Part shown: positions 1-9,420 of the stretch, piece by piece
How the letters are laid out: every line of letters starts with the position of its first letter
Numbering within the stretch: position 1 is the stretch's first letter
Notes under the pieces: generated by a model
The model's database searches: none
The model's input: only the letters and a program-made list of their open reading frames with translations
What the model was told of the DNA's origin: nothing
Made by a program: the position numbers and the translations under genes
Assembly (NCBI GenBank): GCA_043814055.1
Contig: JBDRKL010000007.1
Coordinates: 62,766-126,765 of the forward strand
Reading direction: 5' to 3'
Length of the DNA stretch: 64,000 bases
Origin: an archaeon
Lineage (GTDB): Archaea; Undinarchaeota; Undinarchaeia; Undinarchaeales; JBDRKL01

Positions 1-116
1 AACATCTTGAAGGGGACATCCAAAGGAGTGTTGCAGACATAATCAAGATAAAGAAAGATCTGGGCTTTGAGCCGAAGTATTCTTTGGAGGACGGACTCAG
101 AGAGATGGTAAAATGA
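1..116 (+). CDS. NAD-dependent sugar epimerase/dehydratase (GalE-like), 3' fragment
   Basis: Manual translation HLEGDIQRSVADIIKIKKDLGFEPKYSLEDGLREMVK* matches the extended-SDR C-terminal pattern; stop overlaps the next ATG (ATGA). Confidence 0.75.
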   Translation, partial: HLEGDIQRSVADIIKIKKDLGFEPKYSLEDGLREMVK

Positions 117-802
117 GTGAGAAACTTGCTTTTGTGATTCCAGCGTATAATGAGGAAAAAACACTTGGACTTACACTGGATGACGTGAAAAAGAATTTTC
201 CAAAAGCAGAGATTTTCGTGGTTGATGATGGCTCTGCAGACAAGACACGGGAAATTGCAAAGAGCAAAAAAGTCCATGTTCTGCAACACGTCATAAACAG
301 GGGATTAGGTGCAGCGCTTGGCACGGGGATAATTGCGGCGATAGCATACAAGGCGGATTATATTGTTACTTTTGATGCAGACCTGCAGCATACTGGGAAA
401 GACGTGAATCGACTTATAGAACCGCTTAAAAAAGGCAAGGCAGATGTTTCGCTTGGCTCAAGATTTTTGGACAAAAAGGACCTTGAAATGATGCCCGCTG
501 TCAAGAGAATAGGCAACAGCACGCTTACTGGAATAACAAACATTCTCGCCGGAACGAAAGTAACTGACTCGCAAAGCGGGTTGCGAGGTTTTACAAGACA
601 GGCTGCGGAAAAGCTGATGATAATTTGCGATAAGTATGAGGTGAGCTCGGAAATCATATACGAGCTCGGCAAAAAACACCTGAGAATTGTTGAGGTTCCA
701 ATAAAAGCTATATACTACGATGTCAAAAAGGGAACCACGATAAAATCAGGCGTTCACATTGCGTGGAGCATGGTGCTTAAAAAGATAGGTGTTAAAAGAT
801 GA
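113..802 (+). CDS. GT2 glycosyltransferase, polyprenol-phosphate hexose synthase (DPM1)-like
   Basis: IPAYNEE, VVDDGSAD, NRGLGAA, DADLQH, GSRF and DSQSGLRGF motifs. Confidence 0.9.
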   Translation: MSEKLAFVIPAYNEEKTLGLTLDDVKKNFPKAEIFVVDDGSADKTREIAKSKKVHVLQHVINRGLGAALGTGIIAAIAYKADYIVTFDADLQHTGKDVNRLIEPLKKGKADVSLGSRFLDKKDLEMMPAVKRIGNSTLTGITNILAGTKVTDSQSGLRGFTRQAAEKLMIICDKYEVSSEIIYELGKKHLRIVEVPIKAIYYDVKKGTTIKSGVHIAWSMVLKKIGVKR

Positions 803-1143
803 TACTAATAAGTGGAATACAAGTGATAGGAATTGTTCTTGCAGGATTGATATTCTATGAAGCGCGAGTTCTTTACAAGGTTGGAAAGTTCAAGAAGCGC
901 GACTTTGGGATGTGGACAACGATTGCGCTGGGTCTGGTTGTGTTTTCAGCAGCCCCGGCCATGATGGCAGGGTTTGTGAACTTGTTCGCCAATGTCACGA
1001 GGGGACTGGACGCGCTCATTCTGTTCGCGCTATTCGGGGCGTATGCGCTGGTTTTCCAGGTTTATATCAGGATTCAGGAGACGAACAGGCAGATAACCGA
1101 GCTTGTGAGGAAAGTTGCGATTGAACTGGAGAAGAAAAAATAA
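799..1143 (+). CDS. DUF2304-like small membrane protein, partner of DPM-like GT2
   Basis: 3 TM segments, C-terminal ITELVRKVAI; typical pairing with the upstream GT2. Confidence 0.75.
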   Translation: MILISGIQVIGIVLAGLIFYEARVLYKVGKFKKRDFGMWTTIALGLVVFSAAPAMMAGFVNLFANVTRGLDALILFALFGAYALVFQVYIRIQETNRQITELVRKVAIELEKKK

Positions 1144-1167
1144 GCGACTCAATTTAGTTTAAAGAGC

Positions 1168-2379
1168 TTAGTCCATTTGTATTTCGCCAAATGTTTTTAC
1201 AATAACATCAAGATCGTCTTGTGAAAGATACTGGTGGCAGCCAATGTAGAAACCATTTGAACCTGTATAGTCTGCGTTTGGTAGTTTTCCTTCATATGTA
1301 GCCTTAAGATAAGAATATGCTGCCTGCTGTGTTGGGATACAACCGAAGAGTGGTCTTGTCTCAACTCCACGCGACTCCAGCTCTGCTCTGAGTTTTTTCC
1401 TAGGTATTTTGTCAGGATTCTTTATTATAATTGGATATGCAAGATAGCTTACGTTCTCGTTGTATGGCGGAAGCTGTAGAACGTCAGAGTATTTTTTAAG
1501 ATTTTCATTTAGATACTTAACGTTATTTAACCTGCTTTTAGTTATGTCATCTGCTTTTTTTAGTTGGGTACCGGCAAGTGCTGCCTGAAACTCCATGGTC
1601 TTGAAGTTGTAGCCAATCAAATCGTGTGTGAATCTTGGGTCAAAATCATCGTCACCTTTGTAAGCTGCCATTTTTGGGCATTTCCCCTCGTTTCTTGTGC
1701 AGACTGGGCAGTCACACATGCGCCCATTTGCCTTGATGCGTTTGAGCAGTTTGTATATCTCAATGTCATCTGTTGTTATTGCACCCATCTCTCCCGCCTG
1801 TATGTTGTGGGCTATATAAAATGAGAAGTCCGCCAACAGAGAGAGCGATCCTGTTTTTTTGCCTTTGTACGTTGTCCCATGAGCCTGCGCAGAGTCCTCA
1901 AATGTAATCAAGCCATATTCTTTTGCGATTTTGTTTATTTCATCCATATCGCAGGGATAACCCATTAGGTGTACTGGCAGAATTGCTGCGTATTCAGATG
2001 AGTCGTCGACTCCCTCAAGATGAGCTTTTATGTTCTCAGGCGTGATTCCAAACGTTGCCGGATCTGTGTCAACATATACAGGTTCAAAGCCTGTTGTGAC
2101 TATTGCATTACTCGTAGCTATGTAGGTTAGAGGCGTGGTTATTATTTTTGACTTCTCTTTTATAGGGGTGATTGGGTGGTGTTTAAGAGCTGTAAGCCCC
2201 CCCATTATTGCACTTGTCCCAGAGCTTAGAGCCACTGCATATTTTGTCCCTATATACTCTGCAAACTCGCTTTCAAAATTTCTTACACACTCTGCCTCAG
2301 ATATTCGACCTGATTCCAGCACGCGAAGTACTGCTTCTTTCTCGTCTTTTCCAATAACAAAATCCCCTACATGTATCAT
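1168..2379 (-). CDS. DegT/DnrJ-family PLP/PMP enzyme, His-type (RfbH/ColD-like 4-keto-6-deoxy sugar 3-dehydratase)
   Basis: SSGTSA, EDSAQAHG; SFYIAHNI has His at the usual Lys position; GRMCDCPVC Cys cluster. Confidence 0.8.
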   Translation of the reverse strand: MIHVGDFVIGKDEKEAVLRVLESGRISEAECVRNFESEFAEYIGTKYAVALSSGTSAIMGGLTALKHHPITPIKEKSKIITTPLTYIATSNAIVTTGFEPVYVDTDPATFGITPENIKAHLEGVDDSSEYAAILPVHLMGYPCDMDEINKIAKEYGLITFEDSAQAHGTTYKGKKTGSLSLLADFSFYIAHNIQAGEMGAITTDDIEIYKLLKRIKANGRMCDCPVCTRNEGKCPKMAAYKGDDDFDPRFTHDLIGYNFKTMEFQAALAGTQLKKADDITKSRLNNVKYLNENLKKYSDVLQLPPYNENVSYLAYPIIIKNPDKIPRKKLRAELESRGVETRPLFGCIPTQQAAYSYLKATYEGKLPNADYTGSNGFYIGCHQYLSQDDLDVIVKTFGEIQMD

Positions 2380-2523
2380 TTCAAAGTTTCACCTCTTTCA
2401 TCAGCTTTGGAATCAACACAAAACTCAGCAATTTCTAGGGATTTTGTGTCTGATTTCAAAGTTTCACCTCTTTCACGGGCTTTGAAATGAGTACATTCAT
2501 AGATTTCATGGTCTGTACCTCAT
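2377..2523 (-). repeat. Two tandem start-codon dumbbell elements (69 nt + 75 nt)
   Basis: Minus strand AAATGA..AAATCA..AAATGA; each unit has hairpin 1 with a bulged G plus hairpin 2 ATTT/CCAAAG-N18-CTTTGAAAT with GAAAGAGGTGAAA in the loop. Confidence 0.85.
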
Positions 2524-3473
2524 TTTTTGTTTCGCCAATACTCCAAGATGTCTTTGAGCGTTGTGTCAAAGTCTATCTCAGGTTTCCAACCGGTCTGCTT
2601 GCAGAATTTTGTGTTGTCCCCAAGCAAAATTTGGACATCACTTGGCCTCATTCGCTCTGGGTCTTCCTTTACTTCTATTTTTGCGTCTGACATTCCCAAT
2701 AGCTTGTCCAGAACTTCCTGGATTGGGTGAGTTGTTCCACTGCAGATATTGTAGACATCTCCGGGTTCGCACTTCTCAACCGCGAGTAGGTATGCGCGAA
2801 CTGTATCTCGCACGTCAGTGAAGTCGCGCTTTGCAGTTAGATTTCCGACATTAATTATTGGATCTTTTTTATTGTTTTCAATGTCCACTATCTGCTTTGC
2901 AAAGTTTGAACAGACGAAAACACTGCCGCGTCTTGGACCGGTGTGATTGAACGCGCGCGTCCTAATTACTTTTACCCCGTATGACTGGAAATACTGGTAA
3001 CCGAGGTAGTCCTGCGCGACCTTGCTCACTGCGTACGGGCTCAGCGGCCTTAGCGGGTTCGTCTCCTTGATCGGAACTTCGTCTGGCATGACCATGCCAT
3101 ATTCCTCAGAAGAGCATGCTATCTGAATGGTTGGGTCTGCGTCTGATTCGCGGACTGCTTCAAAAAGATTTAGCTCCCCTATTAAATTGGTGTGCATTGT
3201 ATCTGCAGGGGAACGCCAGGACGCGGGGACAAAAGACTGTGCAGCCAAGTGGAAAATGTAATCAGGCTCGGATTCTTTTACAGCCGCTTTCATACTGTAT
3301 GCGTCGTGCAGATCTGCCTCTATAAGTTTGAGATTGTTTTGTATATGCTTTATGTTTTCTGAGTCGCTCCTCCAGCGGGTTAATCCATAGACCTCATGCC
3401 CTTTTTCAAGCAGGAGCTCTGCCAGGTGGCTTCCTGCGAAGCCGGTTATGCCGGTTATTAATGAGTTTGTCAT
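2520..3473 (-). CDS. gmd: GDP-mannose 4,6-dehydratase family
   Basis: LITGITGFAGSHL, HLAAQSFVPASW, PYAVSK, RAFNHTGPRR; start moved to ATG 3473 behind GGAGG. Confidence 0.85.
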   Translation of the reverse strand: MTNSLITGITGFAGSHLAELLLEKGHEVYGLTRWRSDSENIKHIQNNLKLIEADLHDAYSMKAAVKESEPDYIFHLAAQSFVPASWRSPADTMHTNLIGELNLFEAVRESDADPTIQIACSSEEYGMVMPDEVPIKETNPLRPLSPYAVSKVAQDYLGYQYFQSYGVKVIRTRAFNHTGPRRGSVFVCSNFAKQIVDIENNKKDPIINVGNLTAKRDFTDVRDTVRAYLLAVEKCEPGDVYNICSGTTHPIQEVLDKLLGMSDAKIEVKEDPERMRPSDVQILLGDNTKFCKQTGWKPEIDFDTTLKDILEYWRNKK

Positions 3474-3550
3474 TTCAAAGCCTCCTTGAATTTTACCAGC
3501 TTTGAAATACACACAAAGCTGGACACATTTGTTAAACTTTGTTGTGTCAT
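3471..3550 (-). repeat. Start-codon dumbbell element (77 nt) with AAATGACA duplication
   Basis: Direct repeat AAATGACA at both ends; stem 2 ATTTCAAAGC/GCTTTGAAAT is a perfect 10 bp; 26-aa mini-ORF 3470-3550. Confidence 0.85.
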
Positions 3551-3583
3551 TTTTACCTCCACCTATTCCGTAGGATTATAATT

Positions 3584-4408
3584 TTATTTCCACTCCTTTA
3601 TCGCCTTTTCGTAGCTTTCATTTGTGCCAAGGTCGTACCACGGACCTGAGTAGACATATCCAGAAAGTTTTCCCTGCTTTGCGAGCTTTGGGAAGACATC
3701 CTTTTCCAGCATTGCCTTTTTCTTGTTTGGCAGGTAATCAACAATGCTTGGCTCAAAAATGTAAAGACCTGCATTTATTAGGTTGCTAATGCGGTCTTTT
3801 GGCTTTTCAATGAATCCGGTTATTGCTGATCCGTTTAGAGTTGCAACACCAAATCGAGATGGATCCTTGACTGTTGTGAGTGCAATGGTTCCGGTAGAGT
3901 TTGAATTTAGATGAGTCTGGAGCATGTCAAGTACATCTATTTTAGAGAGAAGGTCGCCGTTCATCATTACGAACGTGCTGTCAATCTTGCCTTTCGCGAG
4001 CCGAAGCGGTCCTGCGGTTCCAAGCGGCTCTTTTTCAACTAAATATTCTATGTTCACACCTAGGTTGTTGCCATCACCTAAGTGGGCTATTATTTTTTCA
4101 GACATATGACCGACCGACAATAGAATATCGTTTATGCCAAAGCTTTTGAGGTTCAGGATAAGGTGTTCCACAAGAGCCCTTCCTTGAATAGGGATAAGCG
4201 ATTTTGGAACTTCGTAGGTTAATGGGCGGAGTCTTGTCCCAATACCCCCTGCGAGCACAACTGCTTTGCTTATGCCATTGATTTGAAATGCTTTTCTGAC
4301 AAGTTTCTCAACTGCAGCAGACCTGTTTTTGACAGTAATATTATCTATTGTTCCGTCTACTTTTTTAAGAATTCCCTTATCCAACGTCATGGTAATTCGC
4401 TTTTTCAT
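3584..4408 (-). CDS. Sugar-1-phosphate nucleotidyltransferase with N-terminal ribbon-helix-helix domain
   Basis: KKRITMTLD..L.K.D...NRSAAVEKLV (RHH pattern) followed by LAGGIGTRLRPLT, EPLGTAG, NGD, WYDLGT. Confidence 0.85.
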   Translation of the reverse strand: MKKRITMTLDKGILKKVDGTIDNITVKNRSAAVEKLVRKAFQINGISKAVVLAGGIGTRLRPLTYEVPKSLIPIQGRALVEHLILNLKSFGINDILLSVGHMSEKIIAHLGDGNNLGVNIEYLVEKEPLGTAGPLRLAKGKIDSTFVMMNGDLLSKIDVLDMLQTHLNSNSTGTIALTTVKDPSRFGVATLNGSAITGFIEKPKDRISNLINAGLYIFEPSIVDYLPNKKKAMLEKDVFPKLAKQGKLSGYVYSGPWYDLGTNESYEKAIKEWK

Positions 4409-4412
4409 AGAA

Positions 4413-4442
4413 GTATGATGATGTATGATAAGGGTATATAAA
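4413..4442 (-). promoter_or_regulatory. TATA box (TTTATATA) plus tandem ATCATAC direct repeat, candidate RHH operator
   Basis: GTATGAT at 4413-4419 and 4423-4429 (10-bp period) between the TATA box (4435-4442) and the ATG. Confidence 0.5.
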
Positions 4443-4459
4443 GCTAATGAACCAAAGAT

Positions 4460-5797
4460 TTACCCGGATGCTGCGCTCACTCCAAGATCCAATAGTTCTT
4501 TGGCACGAGCCTTTGTTTTTGCCTCTGCAAACACTCGGATTACTGGTTCGGTGCCGGATGCTCGAACCATTACAGAGCCATCTTCATAAATTGCTTTTAT
4601 GCCGTCCATTGTGATCAACTCTGCACCTGATACCTCAAGTTTTTTCAGTACATTTGCCATCACAGAACCTTTGGTTTCAGGGCTGCAGTTCATTTTTGTC
4701 TTTAATTGATAGTATTTTGGAACTTCCGATATCAATTGCTCAAGGAATTTGCCGGTTGATGCTAGAAGGTCGAGTAGTTTTGCCACAGTTGCCGAGCCAT
4801 CTCGCATAAAGCTTATCTCTGGGAATATGCTACCACCGTTTTCCTCAAAACCATACGCTGCCTTTGATTTCATAACGCTTTCCCCGATGTACTTTCCGCC
4901 GACTTTGGTCTTTACAACCTTGCCGCCCAGTTCATCTGCCACATCGTCTATAGCTTTTGAAGTTGCAATCGGTGTGACCACCTTACACCCTTTACTGTTG
5001 ATAAAAAAATTGTGGGCAAGCAATGTGCCTGTAACGTCTCCCATTATGAATTCACCCTGACCTGTTGCGAATATGGCTCTATCGCCATCTGTATCAAAAG
5101 CCACGCCAAAGTCTGGCTTTTCTTGTTTCACAACATCCAAAAATGTTGTCAAGGTTTCTGGTGTTGGCTCAGGCGGCCTTTCAAACGCTCCAATGCTTGT
5201 GTGGAGGGCAATTACTTCGCAGCCAAGAGATTCCAAAAAATCTGGAATGAAAAGGCTTTGGGCGCCGTTGCCGGTGTCAACTACTACTTTGAACCGCTTC
5301 GCTCGAATGGCATTCGCGTTTATATTATTTGTTAAAGCGCGTGCATAAGGCTCGAGGATGTTGCAGTTTTTGCTTGTTCCAGCGCTTCCATTCGGAGCGA
5401 GTAAAAACTTTTTTGAATTAAAGATTTTCTCAAATTCCACTTCTTCCTTTTCAGCGATTTCAAGGCTGCTGCCCATTATAAACTTAAGACCGTTCCACTC
5501 CGGCGGGTTGTGGGATGCAGTTATCATCGCACCTGCAGTATAGTTCTGCTTAACCGCAAAGCTTACTGAAGGTATTGGAGCTACACCAGCATCCTCAACA
5601 TCTGTGCCTGTGGAAAGCAGGCCACTTACGAATGCGTTTTTTAGCGCCTCTGAAGAGCTTCGTGTATCCCTTGCAACAAGAACCTTACCGCCCTTCAGGA
5701 AAGTGCCAAATGCCTTGCCAAGCCCAAGAACAAACTCTGGAGTAAAATCGCGGTTTGCAATGCCGCGGATTCCTGTTGTTGAGAAAAGTCCGGTCAT
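4460..5797 (-). CDS. Phosphomannomutase/phosphoglucosamine mutase
   Basis: GIRG, TASHNPPEWNG, DTDGDR, RASGTEPVIR. Confidence 0.92.
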   Translation of the reverse strand: MTGLFSTTGIRGIANRDFTPEFVLGLGKAFGTFLKGGKVLVARDTRSSSEALKNAFVSGLLSTGTDVEDAGVAPIPSVSFAVKQNYTAGAMITASHNPPEWNGLKFIMGSSLEIAEKEEVEFEKIFNSKKFLLAPNGSAGTSKNCNILEPYARALTNNINANAIRAKRFKVVVDTGNGAQSLFIPDFLESLGCEVIALHTSIGAFERPPEPTPETLTTFLDVVKQEKPDFGVAFDTDGDRAIFATGQGEFIMGDVTGTLLAHNFFINSKGCKVVTPIATSKAIDDVADELGGKVVKTKVGGKYIGESVMKSKAAYGFEENGGSIFPEISFMRDGSATVAKLLDLLASTGKFLEQLISEVPKYYQLKTKMNCSPETKGSVMANVLKKLEVSGAELITMDGIKAIYEDGSVMVRASGTEPVIRVFAEAKTKARAKELLDLGVSAASG

Positions 5798-5899
5798 TTA
5801 TAAATAGGACATAGGGAAATGCCTTTTTAAGCTTTTTAGAACACTGATACACAAGAGTTATAAAATGCTGCAGGACCTATACGAAGACAGAGACATTGG

Positions 5900-7117
5900 A
5901 TGAACACTAAAAAAAAGTTTAAAGTGCTGATTGTGCAGCATCATTACTACCCTTCGATAGGCGGGGCGCAGGAATATGTTAGAATGTTTGCCGAAGGGCT
6001 CGTGAAGAATGGGCATGAGGTTACAGTTTATACAACCAACAGCATGACAGGAGAGGATGTTCCTGGAATTTCGTTCAGGTGGCCGTTTTTTAATAGACCA
6101 AAGAAAAGGGCGCAGTTGGCGAGAGAGGAAACCATAAATGGCGTAAAGGTAAAGCGGTTTGATGTTAAGCTACGATTGTACAGTTTTAATTTTATGCCAG
6201 CTATGTTTAAAGAGCTGGGAGGGCTAGGGGATTATGATATTGTAAACGGCTGCGGGTTTAATTTGCTCAGCACGTATAAGGCCTGCAAAGCTGCGAAGAA
6301 AAACAATAAGCCTTTTGTGCTGTCTGCGATTGATATAACCATACCTAGAAGCCTGCCTGTTTTGGCAAAAATTTTCAAAGGAATATACGACTGTACGTAT
6401 GGGAAGTATATTGTTGCGAATTCACAGGCGTTTACAGCCCTTACAAAAGGACAGGTTCCGCAGTATGAAAGAGTTGGAGTCAAGGCGAATGATGTAACTG
6501 TGATAGAAAGCGTAATTGATTTGAAAAAATACAGGCAAAAACCACGAGGGAATTTTAGACGAAAGCATGGGCTGAAGAAAGAAGACAGGTTGATACTATA
6601 TGTTGGGCGGCTTATCGAACACAAAGGTGTGCAGGATGTCATAAATATGATGCCAAAAATTCTTGAGAAGCACGCAAACGCAACGTTCCTGATTGCGGGG
6701 GTTGATGGCGGGTACACAGGTGAGCTTGAAAAATTAATTGAGAAAAAAGGACTGAAGAGTTCTGTTAAAATGCTTGGGGCACTTGGCAAGGAAGAGCTCT
6801 TGGATGCATACGCAGACTCTGAGATATTTGTGCTGCCAAGCAACATGGAAGGCTTTGGGATAGTGATGCTCGAGGCTATGGCCTCTGGAACTCCGTGCGT
6901 TGCATATGATATAGAGAACGTGAGGGAAGTTATTTTAAACAACAAAACTGGGTTTCTTGCAAAGGATGAGAAAGAATTTAGAGAGCAGATTTTGGAGTTG
7001 CTAGGGGACAAAAAGAAACTTGGTTCATTTAGAAAAGCAGGGCTTGAGGACGTGAAGAAATACTCAAAAGAGACGTTTGCAAAGAAATTTGAAAAAGTTT
7101 ATCAAGAGTTGGATTAG
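5900..7117 (+). CDS. GT4 glycosyltransferase
   Basis: GGAQ, YVGRL..HKG, PSNMEGFGIVMLEAMASG. Confidence 0.9.
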   Translation: MNTKKKFKVLIVQHHYYPSIGGAQEYVRMFAEGLVKNGHEVTVYTTNSMTGEDVPGISFRWPFFNRPKKRAQLAREETINGVKVKRFDVKLRLYSFNFMPAMFKELGGLGDYDIVNGCGFNLLSTYKACKAAKKNNKPFVLSAIDITIPRSLPVLAKIFKGIYDCTYGKYIVANSQAFTALTKGQVPQYERVGVKANDVTVIESVIDLKKYRQKPRGNFRRKHGLKKEDRLILYVGRLIEHKGVQDVINMMPKILEKHANATFLIAGVDGGYTGELEKLIEKKGLKSSVKMLGALGKEELLDAYADSEIFVLPSNMEGFGIVMLEAMASGTPCVAYDIENVREVILNNKTGFLAKDEKEFREQILELLGDKKKLGSFRKAGLEDVKKYSKETFAKKFEKVYQELD

Positions 7118-7800
7118 CGCTCTTTAAATCCTTCCTGGTTTATGCGCTCAAGCGATTCCAGCGAGCCGAACTCATTGAACATTTTTTCAGTTACAAAAGC
7201 GAGCAGCTCTTTTTTGGATACAAGTTCCTGAAGCGCGGAAACCAGGTCGGATTTTCCTTCTGGAATTAATTTTAGAATTTCTTTTTTGAAAATCAATAGC
7301 CCGAAGTCCATGTATTCCATATCAGGAGTTATGTCTTCCTTGTCGTATTTTGAGATTAGCTCATCTGAAACTGCAACGTTTGAGGAGTATCCCTCAGGGG
7401 TCTTTCGCACAACCATAAGACTTGTCTTGTTGTGATTTTTGAAATAGTCATAGACTTCCCTGAAGTCAATTGGGAGGTATGTATCGCCGTACATTACCAT
7501 GAATGTTTCTTCAAGCAGAGATTCTGCGTTCTTCAGGGCTCCTGCAGTGCCGAGCGGCTCTGCTTCTTGGCTGTATTTTAGGTTCACCCCGAACTTGGAG
7601 CCGTTGCCAAAGTGTTCTTGGAGTTTTTCACCTAGGTATCCTGTGCAGAGGACTAGGTCAAGGATGCCATTGTTCTTTAGGCGCTCTATAACGTGCTCAA
7701 GAAATGGCTTGCCCTGAACTTCAAGAAGTGTTTTTGGAACTTTTTCAGTGAGTGGCTTAAGCCGCGTGCCCAATCCTCCGCAAAGTATTGCTATCTGCAT
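7114..7800 (-). CDS. hddC: Heptose-1-phosphate guanylyltransferase-like nucleotidyltransferase
   Basis: LCGGLGTRL, EPLGTAGAL, YGDTY; last gene of the hddA-gmhA-gmhB operon. Confidence 0.7.
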   Translation of the reverse strand: MQIAILCGGLGTRLKPLTEKVPKTLLEVQGKPFLEHVIERLKNNGILDLVLCTGYLGEKLQEHFGNGSKFGVNLKYSQEAEPLGTAGALKNAESLLEETFMVMYGDTYLPIDFREVYDYFKNHNKTSLMVVRKTPEGYSSNVAVSDELISKYDKEDITPDMEYMDFGLLIFKKEILKLIPEGKSDLVSALQELVSKKELLAFVTEKMFNEFGSLESLERINQEGFKER

Positions 7801-7801
7801 T

Positions 7802-8767
7802 TTAATCACGATTTAACAATTGCTTGTTCTCCAAAAGATAACGAACAGTCCGGCGAATCCCTTCCTCAATGGATATTGTTGGCGCCCAGCCGAGCTTTTT
7901 TATTTTGGTAGTGTCCAGCAGGATTTTCGGCGCGTCGCCTTTCCATCCGCGCTTGCCCCCCTTGTATTTGTATTCAATCTTGCTCAGGCCGAGCTCGTCC
8001 ACGATTATGTCGCGGATTTTGTCCACGTTGATGCACTCGTCATTGCCTATGTTGATGACATTTACCTGCTCTTTTGACTTCTCAATTGCGCAGAGAGTTC
8101 CTGCAACAGAATCGCCTATGTAAAGATATGGTTTTTCCTGACTCCCATCGCCGAATATCTCAAGCTCTTTCGGGTTTGCAAGCAGTTTCTTCGTGAAGTC
8201 AAAGATAACTCCGTGCGTGTAGCGTTCGCCTATCATGGAGACATACCGGGTTATTGTTGATCGGATGCCGTAATATTCCGAGAACGCCTCAACCATTGCT
8301 TCCCCAGCGAGCTTTGACGCGCCGTAGAGCGAGGTCTGTGTTGGCGCATAGGTCTCAGGGGTTGGGAAAACTTCAGCATCTCCGTAGATTGCGGATGAGG
8401 ATGCAAACGAGAGTCCTTTCACGTCGTTGGCACGCATGGCTTCAAGAACGTTGTATGTGCCTATCGTGTTCTGCTCAAGGTCAACCTTGGTGTTTGTTAT
8501 CCCGCCGCGCACGTCAGCGTTCGCCGCAAGGTGGAAAACAAAGTCCTTGCCGGCCAAAGCTTTCTTGAGCGAGTCCAAATCAAGAATGTCAGCTTCCACG
8601 AGCTGAAAGTTTGGATTGTCCTTGTGCTGCTTGATGAAAAAATCGCCCGTGCTCTTCAAAGTATCGTAGACCGTGACGCTGCAGCCATCCGCGATTAGGC
8701 GGTCAACTATGTGGCTTCCTACAAATCCAGCCCCGCCTGTCAAAAGGACTTCACCAAGATTTTTCAT
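7802..8767 (-). CDS. NAD-dependent nucleotide-sugar epimerase/dehydratase
   Basis: TGGAGFVGSH, HLAANADVR, YGASK. Confidence 0.88.
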   Translation of the reverse strand: MKNLGEVLLTGGAGFVGSHIVDRLIADGCSVTVYDTLKSTGDFFIKQHKDNPNFQLVEADILDLDSLKKALAGKDFVFHLAANADVRGGITNTKVDLEQNTIGTYNVLEAMRANDVKGLSFASSSAIYGDAEVFPTPETYAPTQTSLYGASKLAGEAMVEAFSEYYGIRSTITRYVSMIGERYTHGVIFDFTKKLLANPKELEIFGDGSQEKPYLYIGDSVAGTLCAIEKSKEQVNVINIGNDECINVDKIRDIIVDELGLSKIEYKYKGGKRGWKGDAPKILLDTTKIKKLGWAPTISIEEGIRRTVRYLLENKQLLNRD

Positions 8768-9417
8768 TTTTTCTTTTTGAACTTAGCCCAAGTGTCCAGG
8801 AACTCGTCTATCGTGCTTTCGGTGCGCGGGTTCCACGGGAGCGTCTTAAGAACTGGCGTTGGTATTGTCAAAACGTGCGCTCCGCTTCGGAATGCGCGGT
8901 TCAGATGCGATGCCTGCCTGAAGCTGCCAAGGATTATTTTTGTCGTAATTCCGTGCTGTTCAAAAATGTCAACTGTCTCCATTGTGACCTGCTCGGCGTC
9001 GTAGCCCATGTCCTCTATGCGCGCCCAGAACAGGCTCACGTAGGTTGCGCCTGCAAGCGCTGCCAGAACTGCCTGGCGGGTTGACATGCACGCAGTCACG
9101 TTGGTCTTGATTCCTTTTTCAGAAAGGATTTTAACCGCCTTTAGGCCCGGGATGCCCATTGGGATTTTTATCGCAATGTTCTTGCCCCATTTGTTGTATT
9201 CCTCGGCTTCCCTGACCATCTCGTTCGTGTCGTTCGTGGTTACTTCCACGCTTATTGGACCGTCAGTCAGCTTTGCTATTTCCTTTATCTGCTTTTCAAA
9301 GTCGCAGCCCTCTTCCTTTGCCACGATTGACGGGTTTGTGGTTACCCCGCTGATTATGCCCCAGCTTATCAGCTCTTTTATTTCCTCTATGTTCGCAGTG
9401 TCTGCAAATATTTCCAT
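8764..9417 (-). CDS. tal: Transaldolase (small TalC/FSA type)
   Basis: FADTA, GVTTNPS, IKIP, NVTA, AGATYVS. Confidence 0.88.
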   Translation of the reverse strand: MEIFADTANIEEIKELISWGIISGVTTNPSIVAKEEGCDFEKQIKEIAKLTDGPISVEVTTNDTNEMVREAEEYNKWGKNIAIKIPMGIPGLKAVKILSEKGIKTNVTACMSTRQAVLAALAGATYVSLFWARIEDMGYDAEQVTMETVDIFEQHGITTKIILGSFRQASHLNRAFRSGAHVLTIPTPVLKTLPWNPRTESTIDEFLDTWAKFKKKK

Positions 9418-9420
9418 TTT

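Noticed and set aside
2377-2490. Possible CRISPR array (repeated ATTTCAAAGTTTCACCTCTTTCA)
   Set aside because: Only two adjacent copies, the others are dispersed at gene starts, the intervening sequences are self-complementary, and no cas genes are present; treated as dumbbell elements instead.
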